A stretch of 64,000 bases of DNA from Octopus sinensis (taxonomy: Eukaryota). The translations under genes and the position numbers were made by a program. The stretch is taken from contig NC_042998.1 of NCBI RefSeq assembly GCF_006345805.1, positions 205,592,001-205,656,000 on the forward strand, read 5' to 3'. The notes below the pieces were generated by a model. The model had not been told where the DNA came from and made no database searches. It saw only the letters and a list, made by a program, of their open reading frames with translations. This document shows positions 36,905 through 49,673 of this stretch, one piece after another (the first letter of the stretch is position 1; every line of letters begins with the position of its first letter).

Positions 36905-38135
36905 TATCATCATTATCATTCATCCTCATCATTTTAACGTTCGTTGTCCATGCTGGCCAATGTCCATGTTGGATGGTTTGACTAGGGCTGGCAAGCTGAG
37001 GGGCTGCACCATACTCCTGTCTGATTTGGCATGGTTTCTATGGCTGGATGCCCTTCCTAATGCCAACCATTCCGAGTATGTAATGGGTGCTTTTACATGC
37101 CACCAGCATGGGTGCCATTTGTGTAACACTAGGATGCATTTACGTCCCACCGGCACAGGTACCAATATATATATATTGAAGGTGCTTTTAAACAGGCCAG
37201 TTATGCAACACTGGCATTGACCATGACTATGATCTTCTCAAACATGACATATCTCCAAAGGCTTGTCACTTGTCATTGCCTTTGTGAGGCCCAACATTCG
37301 AAAATCGTGCTTCACCACCTCATTCCATGTCTTCCTGGGTCTACATCTTCCATAAGTTTCCTCCACTGTTAGGTTGTGACACTTTCTCACACAGCTGTCC
37401 TCATCCATACATACGACATAACCATACCGGTGCAGTCATCTCTCTTGCACACCACATCTGAGGCTTCTTATGTCCAACTTTTCTCTCAGGTCACTTACAC
37501 TCTGCCATGTATGCACACTGGCATTACACATCTAGCAGAACATCCTAGCTTCATTTCTTTCAAGTCTACGCATATCCTCAGCAGTCACAGCCCATGTTTC
37601 ACTGCCTTATACTATGGCTGTTTACACACAGGCATCATACAATCTACCTTTCACTCTGACAGAGAAGCCCTTTGTTACCAACTGAGGTAGGAGCTCTCTG
37701 AACTTTGCCCAGCCTAATCTTTTTCTAGCAGCTGCGCTCTCAGAGCATCCTCCCCAGCTACTAACTTGGTCACCTATGTAATGGAAGCTATTGACTACTT
37801 CTAGTTTTCTTCTCCCTGGGATGTGATGGAAGCTGTTTTCTGCACATTTTCAGTGTTTATTGCCCCTGAGCATTTGCCACATACAAAAACTATCTTCCTG
37901 GTTAGCCTTCCTCTGATATTGCTGCACCTCTTATGTGTCCATAGCTTACACTGGGTACATCTTGTGGAGTTTCTGCCTATGCTTTTTCTACAGATTGAGC
38001 AGGGCCATCAACCTGAAGGGATTTGTGGTTTGCCTGCCTTCCTACTTATTAGGACTTTGGTTTTAGCTAGGTTGATTCTAAGGCCCTTCAATTCTAGACC
38101 TTGCTTCTGCACCTAAAACATCTTCTCTAGTTCTG
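36905..38135 (-). mobile_element. degenerate RTE LINE 3' third
   Basis: Reverse complement shows INLAKTKVL, the Cys/His finger, VVNSFHY.G and GRPRKTW; (CAT)n tail. Confidence 0.9.
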
Positions 38136-38480
38136 GTTGTGAGGTGATATGGCATGCTTTTGAAGACGTGTTAAGCCAAATGAAATTGTAGTCATGACCG
38201 ATGCCAGTGCTGCCTGACTGGCACCTATGCCAGTGGCACGTAAAGAACACCACTCGAGTGGGGCCAATGCTAGTACCACCTGACTGGCCCTCATGCCAGT
38301 GGCACGTAAAAGCACCCACTACATTCTCAGAGTGGTTGACGTTAGGAAGGGTATCCAACTGCAGAAACCTTGCCAAATCACATTGGAGCCTGGTGCAGCC
38401 TCCTGGCTTCCCAGTCCCTGGTCAAACTGTTCAAACCCATGCCAGCATGGAAAGCGTACGTTAAACGACGACAACAATGA
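38135..38480 (+). mobile_element. RTE 3'UTR copy joined back-to-back to the previous element
   Basis: 3'UTR subrepeats and tail …catggaaagcgtacgttaaacgac. Confidence 0.8.
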
Positions 38481-39549
38481 TTTTATGCATGTGTATATAT
38501 AAATATGTACATATATGACACCGTCCAATCCGCACTAGCGCGGAAAACGGATGTTAAACGATGATGATGATGATGATGATGTATGCATGTATGCATATAT
38601 ATTTTTATATTTTAAAATTTTATCTAGTTTCAGCTCACGAGCTGTGGCCATGCTGGGGCACCACCATTTATATATATGTGTGTGTGTATCTTCGCACATA
38701 CACCGAAAATTGGTGTTGGTGTGGTTACGTCTCCATAACTTAGCAGTTCAACAAAAGTAACCGATAGAATAAGTACCGGACTTAAAGTACGGGAGTCGAC
38801 TTGTTCAACTAAACCAAATTCTTCAAGGTGGTGCCCCAGCATGGCCTCACCATTTAATGTAAGCCAGTACAGTATATATTTATCCTATTCACCACCACCC
38901 CCGTTTACCTTCCATACAAACTCTCTCATTGTTTGCCTTTCGCCAATCCTCTTCGACATTCTTCATTTTTTCCTTCTCTCTTTCCAATTTTCTCTTTTTC
39001 TTTCTTCTTTCATTCAACTCTTCCACCTGTCTTCATCCTCTTCTTTCTCCTCCTCCTCCCCCTCCCTCCACCACTACCATCATCATCATCATCATCATCT
39101 TCCAGCCTTTTAATCTTAGCAGTCTGCTTCTTTCCCTCTTCTTTCTCTTCATCTTACATTTATTGTTTATCCCCCTCTCCCTTCCACTATTAGCATTACG
39201 TTTCAATGCCAACACCTCCTCCTCCTTTTGACCCCTTTTCTTTCCTCTTGCATTCCATTTCCCTCCTCCTCCACCTTCCTGTCTGTCTGCGTCTCCCTCC
39301 CTCCCTCCTCCTCCTCCTTCACTAACCTTCCCTCCTCTCCCTTCCACCCATACCGGCCGCCATCTCTAACCAGATATTTTGTTAGGACGCGCTGACATCG
39401 TTGAATTTCACAAGCGAGACTAGAAATGTCGCTAAAAGTGCACAAGTAAAGTGCAGCAGCAGCCAACAGTGCACCCTCCCCCCCCGCCCGCCCGCTCCTT
39501 GTTTCACTTTCCGCACGCCGCCCCCGCCGCCGCCCCCACCATCACTCAC

Positions 39550-39585
39550 CCTGCACTGTTGCTTGTCCAGCTTTCCAAGCACTCT

Positions 39586-39627
<42 letters not shown>

Positions 39628-39660
39628 CGCGCACTGTTTTGTCAGTAAATACTACGGCTA
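39550..39660 (-). promoter_or_regulatory. candidate non-coding first exon / TSS region of a minus-strand gene
   Basis: Consensus donor CAGG|GTGAGT at 39550/39549, (GA)n-rich exon body, and the most CpG/GC-rich unique stretch of the window (39370-39545). Confidence 0.35.
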
Positions 39661-39935
39661 CGTCTACCACAACCACCACTACAATAACAACAGTAGCTGC
39701 TACTACTACCACCACTACAATAACCACTACAACTACTACTACTACTACTACTACTACCACTACAATAACAACTACTACTACTACTACTTCTACTATTACA
39801 ATAACTACTACTACTACTACTTCTACTATTACAATAACTACTACTACTACTACTACTACTTCTACTATTACAATAACTACTACTACTACTACCACTACTA
39901 CTAACACTACAATAACAACTACTACTACTACTAAG
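39660..39935. repeat. (TAC/AAC)n trinucleotide array with higher-order unit
   Basis: tactactacttctactattacaataac repeated 3 times inside (TAC)n. Confidence 0.9.
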
Positions 39936-40219
39936 ACACAGATAAGGTCTTCGGGCATGTTGTCTCAGCTGAACCCTAAATGGGAAGACTTATGATGAAA
40001 GACGTTCCATATGTGACCATCCCCATAAAAGTTGTATTTTTAGGACACACAGTTCAATGTATCACACCTTTATAAGACTGTTTGTGAGGAGGGAGAATTG
40101 GCTGCTATTTCTTGCAGGTTGACTATGTAAAGGTTCCCTGTTGGTTAAATACGTATATCAGGTATATGCTGTGAGTATACACTCAGGGCAAACAGTAGGT
40201 ATTAAATATTTAAATGTGC

Positions 40220-40565
40220 ATGTGTGTGTAGTAAGAAGTTTGCTTCCCAACCACAGGGTTTTGGGTTCAATCCCACCGCACAGTACCTTGGGTAGGCGTC
40301 TTCTACAGCCTCAAGCTCACCAAAGCCTTGCGAGTGGATTTGGTAAATGGAAACTGACAAAAGTTTGTGTGTGTGTGCTTGGCCCCCAGCACTGCTTGGC
40401 AACCAGTGTTGATGTATTTATGTCCCCAGTAGTTTGACAAAAGAGACCAATAAAATAAGTGCCAGGCTTAAAAATAAATAAGTGCTGGGGTTGATCATTC
40501 GACTAAAATTCTTCAAGGCAGTGCCCCAGCATAGCCACAGTCTAATAACTGAAACAAGTAAACAG
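40220..40565 (+). mobile_element. tRNA-derived CORE-type SINE, full length
   Basis: gtagtaagaagtttgcttcc…gggttcaatccc head, accttgggtaggcgtctt core, tail …actgaaacaagtaaa. Confidence 0.8.
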
Positions 40566-40574
40566 TAACACATA

Positions 40575-40853
40575 TATCTCCTCTATGCTGATGACCTAGC
40601 CCTCATGGCGGAATCACTACCGGAACTAGAAAAGAAATTCCGGGTGTGGAAGCTAGGTTTAGGAATCAAAGCAAAGACGAAAGTTCTAGTAAGTAGGAAG
40701 GCGAACTCATCACACACCTCTTCAGGTAGGTGGCCCTGCTCGATTTGTAGAAAAGGTGAAGGTAGAAACTCCTTAATATGTACCCAGTGTAAGCTGTGGA
40801 CACATTAGAGGTGCAGCAACACCAAAGGAAAATTAACCAAGAAGATAGCTTTC

Positions 40854-40860
<7 letters not shown>
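40575..40860 (+). mobile_element. RTE RT fragment
   Basis: LLYADDLAL…KTKVLVSRK…GRWPCSICRK…CTQCKLWTH. Confidence 0.9.
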
Positions 40861-40887
<27 letters not shown>

Positions 40888-40892
<5 letters not shown>

Positions 40893-41950
40893 TTTTCACA
40901 TAGGAAAACTGTTTTCCCTGTTAATCTTCCTCTAATATTGCTGCATCTCTTATGTGTCCTTAGCTTACACTGGATACATCTTATGGAGTTTCTACCCATG
41001 CCTTTTCTACAGATTGAGCAGGACCACCTACCTAAAGGGATTTGTGGTTTGTCTGCTTTCCTACTTAATAAGACTTTGGTTTTCGCTAAGTTAACTCTAA
41101 GGCCCTTTGATTCTAGACCTTGCTTCCCTACCTGGAACTTCTTCTCTAGTTCTGGTAGGGATTCAGCTATAAGAAGAACAAGGTCATCAGCATAGAAGAG
41201 TTCCCAGGTGCAGCCTGTCTTGAATTCCTCTGTTATTGTCTGGAGGACTATGATGAACAAGAGGGGGTTGAGGACCAATCCTTGGTGAACCCCTACTTGT
41301 ACCATGAATTATTTGCTGTACTTGTTACCAACCCTCACCTTACTGACAGCATCCCTGGGCATGGCTTGTACAGCTCTCACCAACTACTCGTCTATCCCTA
41401 GTTTCTGCACTGACCACCAGATAAGGGATCAGAGGACCCTATCAAAGGCTTTCTCCAAGTCAACAAAAGCCAAGTACAGAGGTTCGTCTTTGGTTAAGTA
41501 TTTCTTCTGCAGCTGCCTTACCAGAAATATAGCATCAATGGTGCTTCTCCCTGGCACTAAACCAAACTGCATCTCATCTAGACTAACTCTCTCCTTAATT
41601 AGTTGGGCTATGACCCTCTCTGTAACTTTCATCACCTGATCCAATAATTTGATACCTCTGTAATTCTATATAAGGCATCACCTTTACCTTTGTAGCAGTT
41701 GACTATGGTGCTACTACACTAGTTACTGGGTATGACTCCTTCTTGTACCACCTGGTTAACTATATAAGTGACTAGACTATAGCCTACACCGCCAGATATT
41801 TTAAGCATCTGAGAAGGGATTCCTGATGGGCTGGGGACTTTCCCTGTCTTCATGTCTTTAATTGCTCTATCTACCAAGGTACTGGTCCCTCAGTTGGGTT
41901 AACATTTGGCAGACTCTTTTTCTCCCATTCATTCTCCACATTTAGCAACT
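40888..41950 (-). mobile_element. RTE RT fragment
   Basis: ORFs 40805-41305 and 41429-41644, RT domains 0-7 plus finger. Confidence 0.9.
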
Positions 41951-41984
41951 GTTCCTAGTGGAATTTCCTGGTCTCCAAAAAATG

Positions 41985-43035
41985 GACAGAAAGCAGATTC
42001 CATCAGATGCCAGAGGGGAAAACTAGAAGTGGTCGATAGCTTCTGTTACCTAGGTGACCAAGCTAGTAGCGGGGGTGGATGCTCCGAGAGTGTAGCTGCT
42101 AGGATAAGAATAGGCTGAGCAAAGTTCAGAGGGCTCCTACCTTTGCTGGCAACAAATGGCCTCTTGCTCAGAGTGAAAGGCAGACTGATTGATGCCTGGG
42201 TGCAAACAGCCATGCTACACGGCTGTGAAACATGGGCTGTGACTGCTGAGGACATACGCAGGTTTCGCTGAATGTGTAATGTCAGTGTGCACGCATGATA
42301 GAGTGTAAGCATCGTGAGAGAAAAGTTGGGCATAAGAGACATCAGATGTGGTGTGCATTGCTCTGGTATGGTCATGTGATGCATATGGATGATGACAGCT
42401 GTGTGAAGAAGTGTTTCACTCTAATGATGAAGGGAACCTGTGGAAGAGGTAGACCCAGGAAAACAAAGGACGATGTGGTGAAGCACAATCTTCAAATGTT
42501 GGGCTTCATGGTGGGAATGACAAGCGAATGAGACCTTTGGCGATAAGCAAGCCACATGAGATCATAGTTGTGGCTGATGCCAGTGTCACGTAACCAGCAT
42601 GTAAAAAGCACCCTTCAGTCGTTGACTGATATGCTGTGCTTGTGAAGACCTGTCAAGCCGAGTGACATTGTAGTCATGGCTGATGCCAGTGCTATCTGAC
42701 TAGCACATAAAGACCTACATTCAAGTGTTGGGCCTCATGGAGGCAGTGACAGGTGACCAAGACCTCTGGCAATATATCATGCTTGTGTAGACCTGTCAAA
42801 CCAAGTGAGACTGCAATCACGGCCAATGCTGGTGTCAGGTCAATAGAACCCATGTAGCTGGCATGTAAAAACACCCACTATATTCTGGGAGTGGTTGGCA
42901 TTGGGAAGGGCATCAAGCCATAGAAACCTTCCCAAATCAGATCGGAACTTCATGCAGCTCTCTGGCTTACCAGTTTTCAGTCAAACTGTCCATCCCATGC
43001 CAGCATGGAAAATGGATATTAAATGATGATGATGA
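41985..43035 (+). mobile_element. RTE LINE 3' end with UTR and tail
   Basis: GKLEVVDSFCYLG…GRGRPRKT; 3'UTR; (GAT)n. Confidence 0.9.
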
Positions 43036-43299
43036 TATGCACACATATATATCATCATCATTTAATGTCTGTTCATGCTGTTTTTATGTGCCACCGACAT
43101 GGGTGCCATTGACCTGACACCAGCATTGACTGTGATTATGGTCTCACTTGGCTTGACAGGTCTACACAAGCATGTTATATTGCCAAAAGTCTTGGTCACC
43201 TGTTACTGCCTCCATGAGGCCCAATGCTCAAATGGAGCTTTTTATGTGCTATATTAATTGCCAATGTTAATTTCTTGCTCAAAAAAGTGTGACCGCACA

Positions 43300-44310
43300 T
43301 CACCTATCAATTATTGTCCAGTCCATTTTACTTGCTGTCTCATCAAATAATGGGTGCCTTATGCCAGAGATACACTCTGGAGCATCTGGATTGCTTATAA
43401 CCTTATTCAACCCTTTCTAACTCCAGCTGCTGTGACCAACTCATCAAATTTCCTAAAAACATCAACGTAAATGAGGGATGGCAGCTCATGGGTGGATGTT
43501 ATTTATCTCAGTTTCACCAAAGCCTTTAATTCTGTGCCACACAACTTATGGCAAAGTTCTGTGCAATGGGCGGCACAAAGGTTAATCTTTATAACTGGTT
43601 GAAAGAAGATAGTCACAATTCTAGGACAACACTCTGCCCCCCTATACAATGACATCTGGTGCCCCACAGGGATCTATTCTTGGTCCCCTGTTATATGTAT
43701 TAATGAAATAGGTACCAATTTGAAGAATGTTCCTGTGTTAAGATATGCAAACAACCCTCAGCTGTACCTTCAGGTAAAAGGAATGGATCCTGTATGTTCC
43801 AGAGCTTTCCTGCAATCTGACCTGGACACAATGCAACAATGGATTGCTGCTAACTGTAGACAAGGGCACGACCATCGTATATGTCGGATGGAAAAACCTG
43901 GAATTTACTGACTCCTTCATGATACTGACCTTAAAATGTCTGCTAAAGAATGTCTCTTTGACATTATTGTCAACAGTGGTCTGTGCTGGATGAACCAGAT
44001 TTCTAAAATTATTAAAAAGGCCAATGGTGCCTTAGCACCACTCAGTAAGGCCTTTGTCTGCCACTTGTGAGCTATCTATTTGAAGTCATATATTACAATG
44101 GTATGTCTACACTTGAAGTTTGCACCTCCAGTCTGGAACCTCTATCATGTCCAGAATATCAATCGACTGGAAGCTGTTCAGAGATATATATATCCATCAC
44201 CCGATCGCCATCTCTTGAATGTATTGCTTCTCTTGGCATTGACACACTTCAGTTTTGATGTTATGCAGTCGACTTGATAGAAGCTCACGAGATTATCAAC
44301 CATCTTACAA
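43300..44310 (+). mobile_element. degenerate CR1-clade LINE RT
   Basis: VDVIYL.FTKAF.SVPH, TSG.PQGSILGPLL, YA.., LQSDLD.MQQW, KIIKKAN, HL.FAPPVWNLY…INRLEAVQR. Confidence 0.8.
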
Positions 44311-45509
44311 AGAACTTTCACTTCCTTCTTTGGTTCAATATTTCTACCACTTTTATGACCATCCCTTCTGTTGCTACATCCAGTGTGTTCCTCCTTTTAT
44401 GAAAATGACAATGTGTTATTGAAGGGAGATTTAGCTGCCATTTCTGGTAGATCAAACGACCACATAGATGCTCTTTCATTGACTCTGATACATACCAGTT
44501 GATTTTAATGGGGGCCACATTGAATGCAAGAACATTGTTTAGTGATGAGGGCATGATTCAAGCTGGTTACTTGTAGATGACGTGTTTGCATGTGTGTGTG
44601 TGTGTGTGAGAGAGAGAGCTTGTGTGTGTGTGAGTATGCATGTGCATGTGAGAGAGAGAGCTTGTGTGTGTGTTTGCGCGCGTGCATGTGTGTGTGAGTG
44701 AGTGTGTAATTTTATGTTTCTTTTACTTGTTTCAGTCATTAGACACTGGCCATACTGGGGCACCGCCTTGAAAAATTTCAGTCGAATGAATCGACCAAAG
44801 TTATGGGGACATAAACACACAAACACTGGTTGTCAAGCAGTGGTGAGGGACACACACACACACACACACACAGAGTGTCTGCCAAATCCCCTCTTAAGGC
44901 TTTGATCAGCCCAAGCCTATAATGGAAGACATTTGCTCAAGGTGCCATGCCGTGGGATTGAACCTAAAGTCATATGGTTGGGAAGCAAGCTTCTTACTAC
45001 ACAGCCATGCCTGTGTCTATGCACACAGCCAGTATCTAAATGCTGTAGAGTTTTAAAGATACCAAATTATTATTCTGTAAAATCTCCTCTTTTCTTACCA
45101 CACAGCCATGTCTGCACCTATTTGCAATAGTAAAGTATAATTTTAGTGAGATTTGACTGCTGTTTCTAGCAGGTGGAAGGACACATAAAAGCTCCGTGAT
45201 TGCTTTGTTTGAGATCTCTCCTAGTGAGGCACTGAGTATGTTTTTGGGAAGGTTTCAATGTGTTGGAGACAACCCATGCTTTCCTGCCTTCCATTTATTT
45301 CTCTTTGTGTTGTTTCTTTGACATTTTGGTTTCTTTGAAAATGGAGCTGAATGTAAAATGGTATCAGTGATTGTGTCTTGTGTCTTGTTTGAGGTTTGTG
45401 ATAGAGTTTAACAGCATGAACATAGGTTATTGAATAAAAAGGAAACCTGTGTGAAGCAGCGATGCCAACTATTAAACTATCTTTTAGTGTAGTGAATTTC
45501 AAACCTGTG

Positions 45510-47140
45510 AATTCCAGCCTTGTATAACTGCCAAGCAGCTGCCCTCACACTTGAAGAGGTCCTTGCTGTTATCAGAAAGCTCAAAAATAACAAAGCTGCC
45601 GGCAAAGATAACATTCCTGCTGAGATCCTCGCGCATAGTGCAAATATACTGGGGCCCGTGATTCATCAAGTTATCACCCGGGTTTGGGATATGGAAACCC
45701 TCCCCCAAGACTGGAGCGGTGCAACACTGGTACCTTTCTTTAAGAAAGGCAATAAACGCTGATGCAGCAACTACCGTGGCATCAGTCTGATTGACGTTTC
45801 TGCCAAAATATTTTCATCTATTCTTCTGAGACGATTCCAATCAGAACGTGACTCTAGAACAAGACCAAACCAGTGTGGTTTCCGTCCTAGTTGAGACTGC
45901 ACCGATCAAATCTTCACCCTAAGATGAATCCTCAAACACCGTTGGTGCTTTCAGAAAAAAACAGTCATCTGCTTTGTTGATTTTGCTGCTGCATTCAACT
46001 CCGTTGATCGTGACACCCTCTGGAAGGTCATGCAGACAGGTGGTATCCCACCTAAATTTCTCAATCTTATTATTACCACTCAACAAGATCCTGCGTACGC
46101 GTGTACGGTGAAGTGTCGGAACCCTTCGAAATACGGTCTGGCGTTTGGCAAGGATGTGTTCTTTCACCGACTCTTTTCAATTACGCCATCGACTGGATCA
46201 CCACAAATGCATTAAGGGAGTTCCCTGGTATCACTGTTGGTCACAACTTTTCCATCAAGGATCTAGACTATGCAGATGACATTGCGATACTTGGCGAAAC
46301 ATTTGCTGACGTCCAGTTTGCTATCAATGAGCTCAAGTGTGTTGCATTGCAGATTGGTATTAAAGTCAATGCCTTGAAGACCAAAATCCTCACAGCCAGC
46401 TTCGCCCCACCAGACAAAACACCCATTGTCCTCAATGGTGATATTCTTGAAGAGGTTGAGAGTTTCAAATACCTTGGCACCATCATTACAGCCACAGGTC
46501 AAGGTGAGGCTGACATTAAAACACGAATCGACCTCGCTCGCCAAGCCTTCAACCAACTCAATGCACGACTCTGGTCAAGATCTGAGATCTGACACACCAC
46601 CAAAGTATGGATCTACCAAGCACTAGTGCGAACGATTCTCCTTTACGGCAGTGAGTCATGGCCGATGAAGTTGGAAGATATTAAGCGGCTAGAATCCTTC
46701 GATCACTTCTGTCTACACCGCATCCTTTGTGTCCGATGGCATCACTTTGTCTCCAACAATTCGGTGCGACACCAGTGCAAAATCACCTCCCTCTGACAAG
46801 TCATCCTAACGAGATGTCTGCATTGGCTGGGTCATACCTTCTGTCGTCAACCAGGAGAATTCATCTACGAAGCAATTGCTCCAGCTCCCCTTCAGGGTTG
46901 GCAAAAGCGATGTGGTGGACAACGAAAAACCTGGCTGATAACAGTCAAGGCTGATCTGGAACCCAACCTAGGCCCCCATGTCTATAGAATTCGCCGCTGG
47001 AATAAGGAGTGGTTGGAGATCACGTGGTCGTTAGCCTCAAATCGCCTGGTCTGGTCGGCGTTTGTGAGAGATGCAGCATTGAGGATGACTGAAGCCAGCT
47101 CAACCCACCCCGGGTGAATGCTGTCTCAAGACAAGAAGAA
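45510..47140 (+). mobile_element. RTE-clade LINE, complete RT and C-terminus, 5'-truncated, lacking the PHD insert
   Basis: LKNNKAAGKDNIPAE…NYRGISL…QCGFR…GVWQGCVLSPTLF…DLDYADDI…FKYLG…LLYGSESW…GGQRKTW; several stops and a frameshift; short caag/gaa tail. Confidence 0.9.
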
Positions 47141-47434
47141 GAATAATTTCAAATGAATACATAATCAACCTCACCTAAAATATTAATCAAATTGGTGGGG
47201 GCGGGGAGACACCCCATTGTTTATTAATCCTTTCTATTCGAGGTACAAAGCCTGAAATTTTGGGGAAGGGGTTTAGTCAATTATATTGATCCCAGAAATC
47301 AAATGGTGCTTATTTTGTCAATGATGAAAGGCAAAGTGGACCTGGGTGTAACTTGAACTCAGTGTCTAAGGACAGACAAAATGCTACTAAGCATCTCGTC
47401 CAACATGCTGACATTTCTACCAACTCACTGTTTA

Positions 47435-47635
47435 TTAATTGTAGTTTATGTGCTTACGGTTGTTGTTTGGTTTATGGTATGGTTTGAACAGGCTGGCACT
47501 TAGATCTAGTGTAACATTGAAGAAGTTGACTGTGGTGTATTTCTCCTTTATTGAGATGGATAGTGTTATACCTTTGAAGAACTTGAATAATTTTTTCCTG
47601 TATCTTTCTGTCTCAACAAAGTGAACTGTTTTCAC
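47435..47635 (-). pseudogene. Penelope-like RT C-terminal fragment
   Basis: RKKLFKFFK…LSISI…VNFFNVTLDL…FKPYHKPNN…HIN, typical of PLE RT motif 6-7 and thumb. Confidence 0.7.
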
Positions 47636-47855
47636 TTTGCTTCAAGCCAAGCTGGTTGAAAGACCGTGAATGAAGCTGCACAGAAAATTATGCCTGGTTG
47701 CATGTGCAACTGTCCACACTCTTGTGCAGTGGAAAGAAACACGTGTAGGTCATTGTAACCGTAACAATATTATGCTGTATGACATTGTAAAATACAAAGA
47801 AAGAAATTATTTGGAGGATTTATCAGTCCCCATATTCTCTGTCATCATAATTATT

Positions 47856-47916
<61 letters not shown>

Positions 47917-49673
47917 GAGAGAGAGAGTAGGTTTGTATTTTTAAGGCAGATACGGCAAAAAATTGTGAGGAGGCATTCTTACTTCACCATTTTCTCTTAA
48001 TTTACTCAACAAACAAAAAAACCTCAGAAATGTTGACTATTTTTTAAGGTTTCATTATTTTAGTTAATCCTTTTATTTTATAAGAAAGGTGGTGGTGGTG
48101 GTGATGCTGCTGGAGTATAAACACTCCCTCTTCCTCCTTCTTCCTCCTCCCCTCCCTCTCTTACCACCCTAATTGTTATCTCTATTCTAATGCTTATCCT
48201 TAGCCAATCGGGTGTCTATCTCAGCTCTGCTTATTTGCTGCTCAATCAGCAGGAGCAGATGTAATTTCTTTATTTAGGGGCGATGGTGAAAGCGGTTGTG
48301 TGATGGATGAGGCTAAAATGTTTCAAGGACAGACACATTCCTCCTCTTTGGTCAAGCCCTCATCAACCTTTTCAAGTTCCACTTGGAAAGGAAAGTGGGG
48401 TTGGAGAAGGAAATGTTCTCTTCCTCTCTGTCAGTGGATGGCTGTGGCAAAACCAGATAGGGTTGCATGGAACTACTCTGGGCATGTTTCTGTAAATTTG
48501 AGAATATTATGTGTTGCATGAGGGCTTGTATCTTGGTGGCCAGGACGATACTGGATCTATAGGGTTCTTTGATTGGCCCTAGCCAAAGGCTCTTTTATAT
48601 CACAAGGACTGTATCATAGATGGGTTCATATATTTTGTATGCCATAATAAGCACAGGTTTTGTGGTAAGATGTTTGCTCCCCAATCACATACTTCCTGGT
48701 TCAGTTCCACTGCCTGGCACCTTGGACAAGTGTCCCCTACTATAGCCTCAGGCCTATATATGTGTGTGCGTCTGTTTGTAACCCCCTTCACAAATTGTAA
48801 ACTCTCCTTGTAATGCTCCCCTCATCTGATGCCCATGAGGAAAAATTAATTATTATTATCATTATTAATAAACCCAGTTTAAAATTATTAAAATATATTT
48901 TCTTTAATTAGATAAAGCAATGGAGAAATGATGTGAGAGGGACGGATAAAAGACTTTGTGTTACACAGTGAATTCCCATTGTTTTGAGTTGAAAACCCAC
49001 TCTAGATGATGTTACTAAAGCCTTTAGAAGGGTTCATTGGAGACAACCAAAGGATGACAGAGGATAGGAACTTCCGGTACAGGTGGAGGGGGTGTGAGGG
49101 TGGGCGTACCGTGAACTAGCAAATTTAGACGAGGGCATCTTCTGGATACGTATTCTTTTGGTGGAGGTATTAAAAATCGAGTAGGGGAATCCAAGGGCAT
49201 GCGCTAGTTTATATGTTGATAATAGTAAGATAGAATTGAAAAATCTGAGAGTTTTCGGTCAGCCAATCTAAGACAAAATTAGAGAAATAAGTGACTGTGT
49301 GATGAATGAATGAATATGTTGCGGTTAAGGAAATGCATGAACTAAGGTTATCTTAAAGGCAACAACGAGGAAGACGAAACTATTGAAACTATATTTACAT
49401 GTTGTCATGGTAATGAAATCGAGAGAATAATGAAAAGAACTAATGAGGGGTTTATGATCTGTGCAGAGTTCAAATCTCACTGAGGTCAACTTTGCCTTTC
49501 TTTTTGATATGCCATGCTTTCCTTTTTATGATGGCAGTTGCCATTTATAATAGACTTAGCAGAATTAATAAAGTAGCAGGTTACACAGGAAGGGAAAATG
49601 CAATATCCCATCCAACACAAAAATATTCTAAAGTCAAAAAATATCAACTAGATAATGGTTGGGAGATAACAGT

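Noticed and set aside
39401-39995. Poly-Thr, Tyr and Val ORFs resembling mucins
   Set aside because: (TAC/AAC)n array open in several frames on both strands
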